A DNA stretch of 64,000 bases. It comes from a virus (taxonomy: Duplodnaviria; Heunggongvirae; Uroviricota; Caudoviricetes). The notes beneath the pieces were generated by a model. The model saw only the letters and a program-made list of their open reading frames with translations. It did not search any database and was not told where the DNA came from. The stretch's first letter is position 1. Each line of letters opens with the position of its first letter. Of the stretch, positions 55,753-64,000 are shown piece by piece. The position numbers and the translations under genes are program-made. The DNA is taken from the IMG/VR virus record IMGVR_UViG_3300042691_014730, positions 20,856 to 84,855 of that record. One strand, 5' to 3'.

Positions 55753-55990
55753 TACTCCCTATTTTATATATTGAATCTTTATATGAAGCAAAGTCATGCT
55801 TAATTAAATGCTGTTCATGTAAAGAGTTACGAAACTCACCTGCAATACTAGTAAAGTACCACAATGATCCAATCTTCTCTATTGTTCCTAAATAAAATTC
55901 ATAATCTAATCGATTAAATGAACCTTTATTATACTGATACATATATAAACTATTATTTTCTAAATTAACCATATCTAAAATTCTTTTCAT
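55742..55990 (-). CDS. small paralog-family protein (member 4)
   Basis: LENNSLYMY ... IYKIGSIDE. Confidence 0.35.
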   Translation of the reverse strand: MKRILDMVNLENNSLYMYQYNKGSFNRLDYEFYLGTIEKIGSLWYFTSIAGEFRNSLHEQHLIKHDFASYKDSIYKIGSIDE

Positions 55991-56181
55991 TATATTACCT
56001 TTTTAAAGATTTTACGAAAGTCACTTAATAGTTTTGAGTTACCCTTACTGTTTTTTCCTAAGTAGTCGTAAAAAATAATACTTTCTGAAACTAGAACTAT
56101 AATAACTAAACAGTCATGGTAGTCTGAATTTAACATATCAGAAGAATTACTTTGAAATATTTGTCCTATTTGAATATCCAT
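55990..56181 (-). CDS. hypothetical protein
   Basis: 63 aa. Confidence 0.3.
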   Translation of the reverse strand: MDIQIGQIFQSNSSDMLNSDYHDCLVIIVLVSESIIFYDYLGKNSKGNSKLLSDFRKIFKKVI

Positions 56182-56340
56182 TATACAACCTTTGTAAAGA
56201 GTTCATTGAATCTTTTAATATCTTTTAAAAAAATTCCTTGACCACCTAAGTATTTGTATTTAATAAATGGCTCTATACTTAATACTATAACTAAGTTATT
56301 TGTATAAGAAGAAGCTATTAAATCTGTGGCTTGATAAATA

Positions 56341-56739
56341 CTATCTGTAGTTATATTCATACATTACCTTTTTATAATAATTGTTATCGTATGGATTTGA
56401 AACATACGATCCACCTTTGTTACCTCTATTATAACATATAATAAAAGTATTGTTTGTTTTGTGTTTACAAGTATTACGAAAACTATTTAATAATTGAATC
56501 CCTCTATGTACATTAGTACAAGGGTCTAATAATTGTTCATGTGTTTCGATTACAAAAACAGGGCGTATTTGCATTAGTCCAACTTCCCCTACACTACCTA
56601 TAGTCTGGGAATTGAAACGTGACTCAACCGATATTACAGCGTTTACTAAGTTTTTATCAATGTTATATTTACTGGAGTACAAGTCTATACAAGAAGATAG
56701 AATCCAGTAGTTAATCAGACTTACCATAGACTGCATCAT
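56341..56739 (-). CDS. lytic transglycosylase (SLT domain), probable endolysin, with hydrophobic N-terminus
   Basis: AVISVESRFNSQTIGSVGEVGLMQI matches the SLT E-S...GLMQ catalytic signature. N-terminus VSLINYWILSSCI could be a signal-anchor. Confidence 0.6.
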   Translation of the reverse strand: MMQSMVSLINYWILSSCIDLYSSKYNIDKNLVNAVISVESRFNSQTIGSVGEVGLMQIRPVFVIETHEQLLDPCTNVHRGIQLLNSFRNTCKHKTNNTFIICYNRGNKGGSYVSNPYDNNYYKKVMYEYNYR

Positions 56740-56896
56740 AAACCTCCTCTAATGTATCAAAGTCTACCTCACCACCACCGATATTAATAATCAGTTCGTC
56801 TGGTAGTACAACCATAACATTAGATTTATCTAACTCAGCAATCAATGCCTTAGAGTTAAAACCTGTGTGCTTGTCTTTAAATAAGTGAATATTCAT
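56711..56896 (-). CDS. hypothetical protein
   Basis: 61 aa. Confidence 0.3.
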   Translation of the reverse strand: MNIHLFKDKHTGFNSKALIAELDKSNVMVVLPDELIINIGGGEVDFDTLEEVYDAVYGKSD

Positions 56897-56930
56897 AATG
56901 ACTCACACACAGTTGTTAATGTTAATAATT

Positions 56931-57116
56931 TCAAGCTCTTAGAAGCTTGCTTAATAATAGAGCAACGAAGACAAAAACTAATAAGCTATTACTTAACAAA
57001 GTCAATAAAACAATACCAGATAATCTCACTAATAGTTTTGAAATGTCACTCATAAAAATGAATGTGCCTAGTATAACTAGGATAAATAAAATGTTAGTCG
57101 AATTGCACCTCCCCAA
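56931..57116 (-). CDS. small two-TM membrane protein
   Basis: Product MGRCNSTNILFILVILGTFIFM...LLVFVFVALLLSKLL. Confidence 0.3.
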   Translation of the reverse strand: MGRCNSTNILFILVILGTFIFMSDISKLLVRLSGIVLLTLLSNSLLVFVFVALLLSKLLRA

Positions 57117-57202
57117 TGTTGAAAATTTTTCTAAACGAATTGACTAGCTTCAAAAATAGAAACAAAACTAACGCCACTATAATAGTCTTTTGCATAGTAC
57201 TC

Positions 57203-57562
57203 CTAGTGTTTAATTGTTTCTTTATTAGGAAACGATATAACATTAGATATATCATCTAAGGTATCAGAATTAGATAATGATTCTACTTCTGTGTATAGAC
57301 TTTTTTCAAGTTCGTCAATTTGTTCTGGTGTATCAGCAATTAATAGTTGTAAAGTTGTTGCCTTTACCACCTCAAACTCTTCTTTACTCAATGTTTGTTT
57401 TATGTTATTTAGATAATCAGTTTGAACATCTAATAAACATTGAAGTAACACAATAAAAGGTCCTTGTGTTTCAATTAAGCTTGGAGAAGTTTCCGAAATT
57501 TCCACAGCTTTAACTTTAATCATGTCAACTAACGATTCAATAACTACTTTATACTCTTTCAT
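57203..57562 (-). CDS. hypothetical acidic protein
   Basis: 119 aa. Confidence 0.3.
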   Translation of the reverse strand: MKEYKVVIESLVDMIKVKAVEISETSPSLIETQGPFIVLLQCLLDVQTDYLNNIKQTLSKEEFEVVKATTLQLLIADTPEQIDELEKSLYTEVESLSNSDTLDDISNVISFPNKETIKH

Positions 57563-57703
57563 TTAACTCCTTTGTTAAACAATTGCCAATAATTGTTACA
57601 GTTTTATATGTAATATCATCTTTCAATATACGTTCATCACAACATCTAAACACATAATTAGGTCCTACTAAAAATAACATTTGAAAACATTGATATAGTT
57701 TCA

Positions 57704-57979
57704 TTATACTACCTCATCTAATTCTAGAGGGTGTGCCATTCTTATTTCATTAGTATTACTTATCGGTCTTAAGTATACAATATGAATTGAACTAGGGGCA
57801 CCACTAAACCAATTAGGTTTCTTAGTAACTACAAATATTTCTCCTAACTCACACATATCATATATAGATTTTATTCCTTTTTTAAAAGTTACTGTATTAT
57901 ATGTATATTCATCATGATTATCAAAGTCCTTTACTGTGCGATTCAGTATTACCAAGTCATTAGTTTTGAATAGATTCAT
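57704..57979 (-). CDS. hypothetical protein
   Basis: 91 aa. Confidence 0.3.
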   Translation of the reverse strand: MNLFKTNDLVILNRTVKDFDNHDEYTYNTVTFKKGIKSIYDMCELGEIFVVTKKPNWFSGAPSSIHIVYLRPISNTNEIRMAHPLELDEVV

Positions 57980-58523
57980 ATTGAATTCCTTTTATAACTT
58001 GACATACCTTATTCAATGTTTCTTTATTTACATCTGTACATAGATACTTACAAACATCTGTTAAGTCTTGTAATAAATAATCTTCTAAATAAAATTGTAT
58101 TTCATTATTTAAAATCTTTAACAATTTTCTTGTGTCTCTTTTAATAAGATAATACTGATTAATTTTTTTATCCTGTGGTAACCAATCGTATAGTAATATT
58201 AAAGCCCCAGCATGAGCCAATATTTCTTCGTGTAATACATCAACTTCTTCTTTTAATTTATTTAAAGTTATTCTATTTAATCTATTAAACCTACCAGTCG
58301 AATGTATTATTTCATGAACTAAAGTAATTTGTGCCCAATATCTATTTAATAACATTTCATTATTTAATGCTATAATATCTAAAGGTATTAGATATTTACC
58401 ATATGCATTGATCTCATTTGTAATTATAATTTTAGGGAGATTTATAGTATTTAATGCTAGAGTATTGTTCATTGCTTTATTAAGCTCGACGATTGATTGA
58501 TCCATTTGTTCCCCTTTGTTCAT
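57960..58523 (-). CDS. HExxH zinc-metallopeptidase-like protein
   Basis: ITLVHEIIHSTGRFNRL. Overlaps the ATP-grasp gene (translational coupling). Confidence 0.4.
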   Translation of the reverse strand: MNKGEQMDQSIVELNKAMNNTLALNTINLPKIIITNEINAYGKYLIPLDIIALNNEMLLNRYWAQITLVHEIIHSTGRFNRLNRITLNKLKEEVDVLHEEILAHAGALILLYDWLPQDKKINQYYLIKRDTRKLLKILNNEIQFYLEDYLLQDLTDVCKYLCTDVNKETLNKVCQVIKGIQYESIQN

Positions 58524-59274
58524 TGATGTATTGAACTATATTGTTTACCCATATATCTAAATTCAAAGAGTTAAGTCCAGGACTTGAATTAACTTCTATT
58601 ACATAGAATCGTTTCTTATCTCTGTCGAATATAATATCGACACCACCGAATAGTAACCCTAATCCTTGTACTGCTTTAATACACATTTGTTGTGCATTAT
58701 AATTACAAGTAGATATTTCTGGATTACATTTTCTGAACTGACAGTTATGTGATTTATATATTTTAACATTAGAATCATTTGGTATCTTCTCGTAAACACC
58801 TAATATCTTACCATTAAATACATGAACTCTATACTCTTTCTTATTACTAATAGGTCTAGTAATGTATAGATCATTAGGTCTAAGTTGGTTATCATATCTA
58901 ACCACCATGTCTCTACCTCTAACATAGAAGTAACCAGATGAATCTTTAAATCTTTCAATATCAAATGTATTTCTATCGCCTTCAATTAAATCGAAATACT
59001 GGGGAGTTCTAACACCTTCTATTAACTTAAGACTCTTTAACATATAATGTTTGTTAGATGCTTTCTTAACAGCTAGTCTATCATTTAATGTTAATGTCTG
59101 ACCACTATCAGGAGTTCTACTTTCTCCCCAACGAATTGTAACGGCTGATTGTTTTGGTGTCATGTATTCTCTAACTCTTCTAACTCTACTGAATAGTCTA
59201 GAGTTTTTAAGTTTTAAATATAATGACTTACCTGTCTTACAGGATTTGTTTGAATAACAAAAATTAATAAACAT
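58480..59274 (-). CDS. ATP-grasp ligase (RimK / glutathionylspermidine-synthase-like)
   Basis: C-terminal FYVIEVNSSPGL is the characteristic ATP-grasp E-x-N...PG motif. Product about 260 aa. Confidence 0.55.
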   Translation of the reverse strand: MFINFCYSNKSCKTGKSLYLKLKNSRLFSRVRRVREYMTPKQSAVTIRWGESRTPDSGQTLTLNDRLAVKKASNKHYMLKSLKLIEGVRTPQYFDLIEGDRNTFDIERFKDSSGYFYVRGRDMVVRYDNQLRPNDLYITRPISNKKEYRVHVFNGKILGVYEKIPNDSNVKIYKSHNCQFRKCNPEISTCNYNAQQMCIKAVQGLGLLFGGVDIIFDRDKKRFYVIEVNSSPGLNSLNLDIWVNNIVQYINEQRGTNGSINRRA

Positions 59275-59452
59275 AACAATCTCCTATTTTTTTATATCTA
59301 TTTGAATGTGGACCAAGCGTAGATGAGTAATGATCGAATCCATTACAAGCCGCAGTACTCCAATAAGTATAATAATTATAGTATGCTCCTGATTCCCTTT
59401 TCTCAAAAAGAACTAGTCCTTTAAATACTATATCAAAATATAATTCAATCAT
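59264..59452 (-). CDS. hypothetical protein
   Basis: 62 aa. Confidence 0.3.
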   Translation of the reverse strand: MIELYFDIVFKGLVLFEKRESGAYYNYYTYWSTAACNGFDHYSSTLGPHSNRYKKIGDCYVY

Positions 59453-59684
59453 TTTTTACCTCACATATAAGTTTCAATAACTCTCCTTTAACAAACCTAG
59501 AGTATCTCCTGTCGTGTATTTCAAAATCAGATGTTCCAACATTACCCAAATAATAATACTGTATAATATCAGCCATAGGGTCAACACTTAAAACAATCAC
59601 TAATCTATTTAGATTATTAGCAGAAAAGAAATTACCATATTGGTTACCTTTTGTTGTTAAGTATAGACAGTTTGGTTTATACAT
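59445..59684 (-). CDS. hypothetical protein
   Basis: 79 aa. Confidence 0.3.
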   Translation of the reverse strand: MYKPNCLYLTTKGNQYGNFFSANNLNRLVIVLSVDPMADIIQYYYLGNVGTSDFEIHDRRYSRFVKGELLKLICEVKND

Positions 59685-59685
59685 A

Positions 59686-59934
59686 TTATCCTCTTTTTGA
59701 TTTTAACTGACCATCTTTTGTTAAAGTTATATTATCTTTAATAAGTTGAAGTACTGTACCAATTGCTTCATATTCATCTGAATTAAAAAAGTCCCACTGT
59801 TCTTCTGATATAATACCAGTTTCTTGAAAATCATACATATTATCAGCTAATGTGTACATATCTTCAATTGCTTTATCTAATGCTTCCAATAACTTATCAT
59901 TTGATAATGTAACCTTTTCATTATTTATTTTCAT
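59686..59934 (-). CDS. hypothetical acidic protein
   Basis: 82 aa. Confidence 0.3.
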   Translation of the reverse strand: MKINNEKVTLSNDKLLEALDKAIEDMYTLADNMYDFQETGIISEEQWDFFNSDEYEAIGTVLQLIKDNITLTKDGQLKSKRG

Positions 59935-59943
59935 ATGTTCTCC

Positions 59944-61044
59944 TTAGTATTGAATGCTATAAGGTTGACTATCACTCATGTAAGCATCATATAATAGTTG
60001 CATCTTTGTCTCATAATCTAAACTATTTAATACGTTTTGTTCGTCACTAGATAGTTTAAGAAAGTATTCATTTAATGTAGATGCTATTTTATTAATTTCT
60101 AGTATATCAACTTTAGTTTTCTTAACATCAGAGTATTTAGAATCCGAGGCTTCTTCGTTATTATACAACCAGTTATATGATTGACTATGGTTTTCTTCCC
60201 ATCTGTTTCTGCTAGAGGATAACCTCCGTGACCTACTTGATGTAGTCCAATTAGTTGAAATTGTTCTAGTAATGTCAGTGACTGAAATAGGTTCTCCAGT
60301 AATTGCATCTACTCTTAGTAACTTGTTATCATACAGTGGGAAACATCTAGGCTTTTTCCAATTAAGTTTATCACAAGTATTCTTAATAATATCATCACTT
60401 GTACAGATAACCATGCCACCTAACTCTTCTACTTGAGCCAAGAATAAAGGGGCATTATTTTTAAATACATCTAATATACTTCTACCATCTGATTGTTTAG
60501 ACAATACAGCTACTCCCCAATAACCTTGTAAAGCATCTGTTGTTTCCTGAATCTTAGCTTGATTATTCTGAACATCATTCTTAAGATATTCATTTAAGAT
60601 TGTTTCAGAGTCACAAGTTGAAATAACATTTGTTAATGTATGTGAGTTATTAATAATACCATTGTGAATTAAAGCAGTATTACCTATAATAAAAGGGTGT
60701 ACATTTTCAAATGTCCTAGCACAAGTTGCGAATCTTGTATGATAGATAATAGATTTAACATCTTCAAAATTCACAACACCAGTTGTAGAATATTCAGTTG
60801 GTTCTAATTGTGTAGGAACTTGTTCTTTAAGAACACCCTGATATTTAGCTACTTCAGTTAATGGTTTAACAAATGCTTTCTCTACATTTAGAAATCTTTC
60901 AGAGAACATATTACCTTGTCCATCAATTGCGGCATAACCTAATCCATGACTATCTGATTTAGTCATATCAGCTTTAGATGCAACCATAAATTTTCTAGCG
61001 TTCAATCCGTTCTTAATACCAAACATCACCATAACTTTACACAT
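59944..61044 (-). CDS. class II (Ntn) glutamine amidotransferase-like protein (YafJ/GATase_4-like)
   Basis: Starts MCK (Cys2 nucleophile position). DSHGLGYAAIDGQGNMF and HTRFATCARTFENVHPFII resemble the NGDGFG and H.R.AT.G....N.HPF motifs. Confidence 0.5.
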   Translation of the reverse strand: MCKVMVMFGIKNGLNARKFMVASKADMTKSDSHGLGYAAIDGQGNMFSERFLNVEKAFVKPLTEVAKYQGVLKEQVPTQLEPTEYSTTGVVNFEDVKSIIYHTRFATCARTFENVHPFIIGNTALIHNGIINNSHTLTNVISTCDSETILNEYLKNDVQNNQAKIQETTDALQGYWGVAVLSKQSDGRSILDVFKNNAPLFLAQVEELGGMVICTSDDIIKNTCDKLNWKKPRCFPLYDNKLLRVDAITGEPISVTDITRTISTNWTTSSRSRRLSSSRNRWEENHSQSYNWLYNNEEASDSKYSDVKKTKVDILEINKIASTLNEYFLKLSSDEQNVLNSLDYETKMQLLYDAYMSDSQPYSIQY

Positions 61045-61053
61045 ACTTACTCC

Positions 61054-62517
61054 TTATGCAAATGCATTAATATTGTTATTAATATAATCTAAAGATGTCT
61101 GAGGAATATTTTCAATATAATTAGGAATCGTTTCAACTTTTCTTGGAGCAGATTCTAATTTAGTTGATTTGTTTACAATAGGTAATAAGAAGTTAATCCA
61201 GTTACTAATCTCAATACAATCAACAGTTCCTTTATGTACTCTAATCTCTAATGTTTTATGACGAGCATAAGACATAGGATTAATAACTAAATATCTTTCT
61301 GATCTACCTCTATGTCCATCTTTATATGAATATTTTTCAATATCAGCAAATTCAGTTGGCTTACAATATGTATTGCTTCTACGTTCAATAGGTTGTGAAT
61401 CAATTAAAAACTTTTGCATCTTAACTAAATTATGAAACGCAGTAGCAACATCTCTATTTCTCATATCTAAATGAACGTGAAGACCACAAGAACTATTAAC
61501 TGAACATTTAGCATCTTGTAATGCAACTCCTAATTGTTTAAGAATATCTTCTCTCTTAGATTCAGGAAGCAACACTCTAATTTCATGTGTATAATTATAT
61601 CCATCTGAAGTTCTTAATGAACCATCGGAAGTAACATTTGTCCACTTTTGGAGCTTATGTTTAATGAGAATATTTTTAAGCTCAGTAACGTCTGACTTAG
61701 AAATTAATTCAATTTCAATACCAATAAAGTTTTCACTATTGAAAGGAACTTTCTCGTCATTAATATAGTTGGATTGAATGTGGTTATATAATTTCAGATA
61801 CTCTTCTGGTTTAGAATGTACCTTACCTAACAAGGTAACTGAACCAAATTTATTTTTAATAACTTTCTCAACTAATTTCTTAGAAGCACGTTCCTCTCGG
61901 ATTAAAGAATTTAATGCGACAAAAGCTTTTAACTTTGCATTCTTTAAATCTTTTTTAATAATATCCTTTCCTGCTTCATTGACTGAAATAGTTGGCATCG
62001 GAATACTGATCTCTTTCTTAACTCCATTAACAATTCGACTAGCTTGTACAAAGATTTCAGCGTTTAATATGTTACTAATCTTAGCTCTGTTTTCTCTGAT
62101 CTTAGTAGATAAAGTAGACTCCTTATCTTTAGAACCTTTAAGCTTTAACTTCTGCTGTTGTCTATCTAAGTCTTCTAGCTTTTTTGTATCTCTTAATAAA
62201 GTAAATAACATTGTATTTTTATTATCACTCTTATTAACAATTCTAATCTTAAAGTCTTTAGGATAAATAACTTTTTCATACCTACTAAACACTAGATTAT
62301 CTTTTAGTACAATGAACTGAGTACCGACTGGAACTTTAATTTTCTTAGAGTCAACAGTAATTATTACATCTTCGTATGTTTCGATTGTACAATACTTATC
62401 ACTTAAACTATACTCACCAATGTATTTAACTTCTTTGTTTAAAAAGAATGTACCTAGTTTGTTGTCTCTGTCCTTTGCAATTTTGTAAATACTTCCTAAT
62501 TCTAATTTTGTTGACAT
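61054..62517 (-). CDS. amidoligase-like (glutamine synthetase / GCS2-fold) protein with a novel N-terminal domain
   Basis: C-terminal half contains GIEIELIS (G-x-E-x-E), CGLHVHLDM (H-x-H) and RYLVINP...EIRVHKG, consistent with the Amidoligase_2 / carboxylate-amine ligase fold. Recalled from memory, not searched. Confidence 0.4.
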   Translation of the reverse strand: MSTKLELGSIYKIAKDRDNKLGTFFLNKEVKYIGEYSLSDKYCTIETYEDVIITVDSKKIKVPVGTQFIVLKDNLVFSRYEKVIYPKDFKIRIVNKSDNKNTMLFTLLRDTKKLEDLDRQQQKLKLKGSKDKESTLSTKIRENRAKISNILNAEIFVQASRIVNGVKKEISIPMPTISVNEAGKDIIKKDLKNAKLKAFVALNSLIREERASKKLVEKVIKNKFGSVTLLGKVHSKPEEYLKLYNHIQSNYINDEKVPFNSENFIGIEIELISKSDVTELKNILIKHKLQKWTNVTSDGSLRTSDGYNYTHEIRVLLPESKREDILKQLGVALQDAKCSVNSSCGLHVHLDMRNRDVATAFHNLVKMQKFLIDSQPIERRSNTYCKPTEFADIEKYSYKDGHRGRSERYLVINPMSYARHKTLEIRVHKGTVDCIEISNWINFLLPIVNKSTKLESAPRKVETIPNYIENIPQTSLDYINNNINAFA

Positions 62518-62519
62518 AA

Positions 62520-62714
62520 TTAATTTCCTCCTATAGATTGTTGTTTTTCCATTAGTTTAGTTTTAATATTTTGATTTAAATTTTCATAAACTTTTTCTAA
62601 TCTTGATTGCCACAATAATGCTTGTTCTAAATTTAATTCTTTAGGACATCTATTGTATGTTTTCCAACCTTTATTATCTAAATTATACATTATGTAATAT
62701 TTAGTTTCGTCCAT
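62520..62714 (-). CDS. hypothetical protein
   Basis: 64 aa. Confidence 0.3.
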   Translation of the reverse strand: MDETKYYIMYNLDNKGWKTYNRCPKELNLEQALLWQSRLEKVYENLNQNIKTKLMEKQQSIGGN

Positions 62715-62722
62715 AGTTCCTC

Positions 62723-62905
62723 CTATAATATTTGTTTAATTTCATCATGGTCTATAAATTTTTTTCCCCTATTAATAACAAATACCTCATACATAGTTCC
62801 TCTATGAAAAGAGTTAATAGCCATAATAATACCCATACGTTTTACAAGATAGCCATCTATCCATGCTTCAAATTTAACAATGTCGTTTACTTTAATCTCT
62901 TTCAA
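62723..62905 (-). CDS. hypothetical small protein (KOW/SH3-like pattern)
   Basis: 60 aa. MKEIKVNDIVKF... Confidence 0.3.
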   Translation of the reverse strand: MKEIKVNDIVKFEAWIDGYLVKRMGIIMAINSFHRGTMYEVFVINRGKKFIDHDEIKQIL

Positions 62906-63099
62906 GATACCTCCTTTATGCTATTTTCTGGTAACCATATTTCTTTTTTACCTAACACTAATACTTTTAACCAAGAAGGTTTACCATTTTCCCATGTTAT
63001 TTGTTTAATAATAGCTAGCCTATTAATAAAATCATTTTTATTAAGTTTATGATAATAGTCTGGTATTGATACTATTGTAATTACATCATTTATTTTCAT
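62902..63099 (-). CDS. hypothetical small protein
   Basis: 65 aa. MKINDVITIVS... Confidence 0.3.
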   Translation of the reverse strand: MKINDVITIVSIPDYYHKLNKNDFINRLAIIKQITWENGKPSWLKVLVLGKKEIWLPENSIKEVS

Positions 63100-63371
63100 G
63101 GTATAATATCTCCTTTATATACATATACTTTATTAATATAATAATTATAACTTCTTTGACTACCATAACACTGATCACTATATAGTAAATAAACATTTAA
63201 AGGTGAGCAATGTATTCCTTGATAACATGTATTACCATATGCAAAGTCTGAATTCATTACTTCTTGTGGTGTACTACGTATTGACAATATATATCCTTGT
63301 TGTAATAACCATAACATATGAGCATGGTTATAACATATTATATCGGTTTCAACTAGATTGTTTATCACCAT
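63096..63371 (-). CDS. hypothetical protein
   Basis: 91 aa. Confidence 0.3.
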   Translation of the reverse strand: MVINNLVETDIICYNHAHMLWLLQQGYILSIRSTPQEVMNSDFAYGNTCYQGIHCSPLNVYLLYSDQCYGSQRSYNYYINKVYVYKGDIIP

Positions 63372-63546
63372 ATATTACAATCTCCTTTGTTGATTTCATT
63401 ATATCATGAATTGACCTATAAAGATAAAAGGGTTGACCAATATAATTATACGTTATTTCTTTTTTTAACTCACCCTTAATAATAATTAAACGACCTTTTG
63501 ACATACCTATCTCATTAGGTAAAACTTGTCTAATATGAATTACCAT
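63349..63546 (-). CDS. hypothetical protein
   Basis: 65 aa. Confidence 0.3.
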   Translation of the reverse strand: MVIHIRQVLPNEIGMSKGRLIIIKGELKKEITYNYIGQPFYLYRSIHDIMKSTKEIVIYGDKQSS

Positions 63547-63932
63547 AACTTAATCCTTTTATAAACGTATCCATTTTCAAAAACATGAGAGTACCAAGAC
63601 TTACTAGGAAGTATATCAGATTTGAAATTATGATTAAATTCTTTTAAAAATTTACATTCTTTTATCTGATATTGTTTAATTGCATCTGTACCTCCATATA
63701 TTCTACCATTTCTACTATAATAAATTATATCCCAATCACCTTTTCCACAACCATATCCTTTTTCAATTAAATACAAAGCATGAGCTAAGTTATATGTTCT
63801 TAAGTTACATCTAATCCATCTGTGACTAGTCATCAATAAGTAAATCTTCATCATTAATACAATGTGTTTTATTATTAGGATTTTGAATTTCATCACAATC
63901 ATGTTGTAATAAAAAGTTATAAATGTATTCAT
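63540..63932 (-). CDS. hypothetical protein
   Basis: 130 aa. Resembles 63096..63371 (HALYLIEKGY versus HMLWLLQQGY), so it may be another paralog pair. Confidence 0.3.
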   Translation of the reverse strand: MNTFITFYYNMIVMKFKILIIKHIVLMMKIYLLMTSHRWIRCNLRTYNLAHALYLIEKGYGCGKGDWDIIYYSRNGRIYGGTDAIKQYQIKECKFLKEFNHNFKSDILPSKSWYSHVFENGYVYKRIKLW

Positions 63933-64000
63933 TAATGAAGTCCTTGTTAAAATACTTTTTTAATTTATTGAACATACTTGCCTCCAAAATAGAAACAAAA

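Noticed and set aside
25255-63409. Short + strand ORFs inside the - strand gene block (for example 25255..25476, 28490..28723, 30757..30960, 34450..34647, 36114..36380, 40689..41027, 47605..47922, 49391..49723, 54001..54369, 61778..62266, 62732..63052, 63203..63409) and - strand internal frames 58800..58985 and 60099..60308
   Set aside because: All are nested within, or antisense to, longer genes carrying recognisable motifs. No RBSs. Products are low complexity.

Overview
This window is an AT-rich (about 30% GC) segment of a tailed dsDNA phage genome, organised as two convergent transcription blocks. All functional calls below come from motifs recognised by eye; no homology search was possible.

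Block 1 (1-24740, + strand) is a tightly packed late or structural operon. It encodes a scaffolding-like protein, the probable major capsid protein (followed by a clear rho-independent terminator), two paralogous repeat-containing tail fibers, and a 1433-aa structural protein. It also holds Q-rich and Gly-rich putative internal virion proteins and a terminal membrane protein that may be a holin. A conserved ATTAACAACTATtATAG motif sits 14-24 nt upstream of several + strand starts and may be a phage late promoter.

Block 2 (24737-63932, - strand) holds early and middle genes. Nine near-consensus sigma70 promoters (TTGACA-N17/18-TATAGT) drive them. Replication genes are a family B DNA polymerase, a primase / DnaB-like helicase, a DEDD exonuclease, a Cas4-like exonuclease, a putative SSB and two HNH endonucleases. 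Nucleotide metabolism genes are dUTPase, a T4 gp1-like dNMP kinase and a class II RNR-like protein. An NAD+ salvage pair is present: a NadV-type NAMPT and a PRPP-synthetase-like phosphoribosyltransferase. Other recognisable genes are a T4 DenV-like pyrimidine-dimer glycosylase, a Pnk plus Rnl2-like RNA ligase tRNA-repair pair, a macro domain protein, an SPFH lipoprotein and an SLT lytic transglycosylase. Three consecutive lipoproteins and a tandem array of small paralogous genes also occur.

The strongest candidate for an undescribed system is a cluster at 57960-62517 encoding an amidoligase-like protein, a class II glutamine amidotransferase, an ATP-grasp ligase and an HExxH metallopeptidase-like protein.

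The other leading findings are a roughly 300-nt GC-rich structured RNA candidate with its own promoter and terminator (46078-46385), a repeated GC hairpin motif, the shared tail-fiber module, and ATGA-coupled micro-ORFs below the ORF-track size cutoff.
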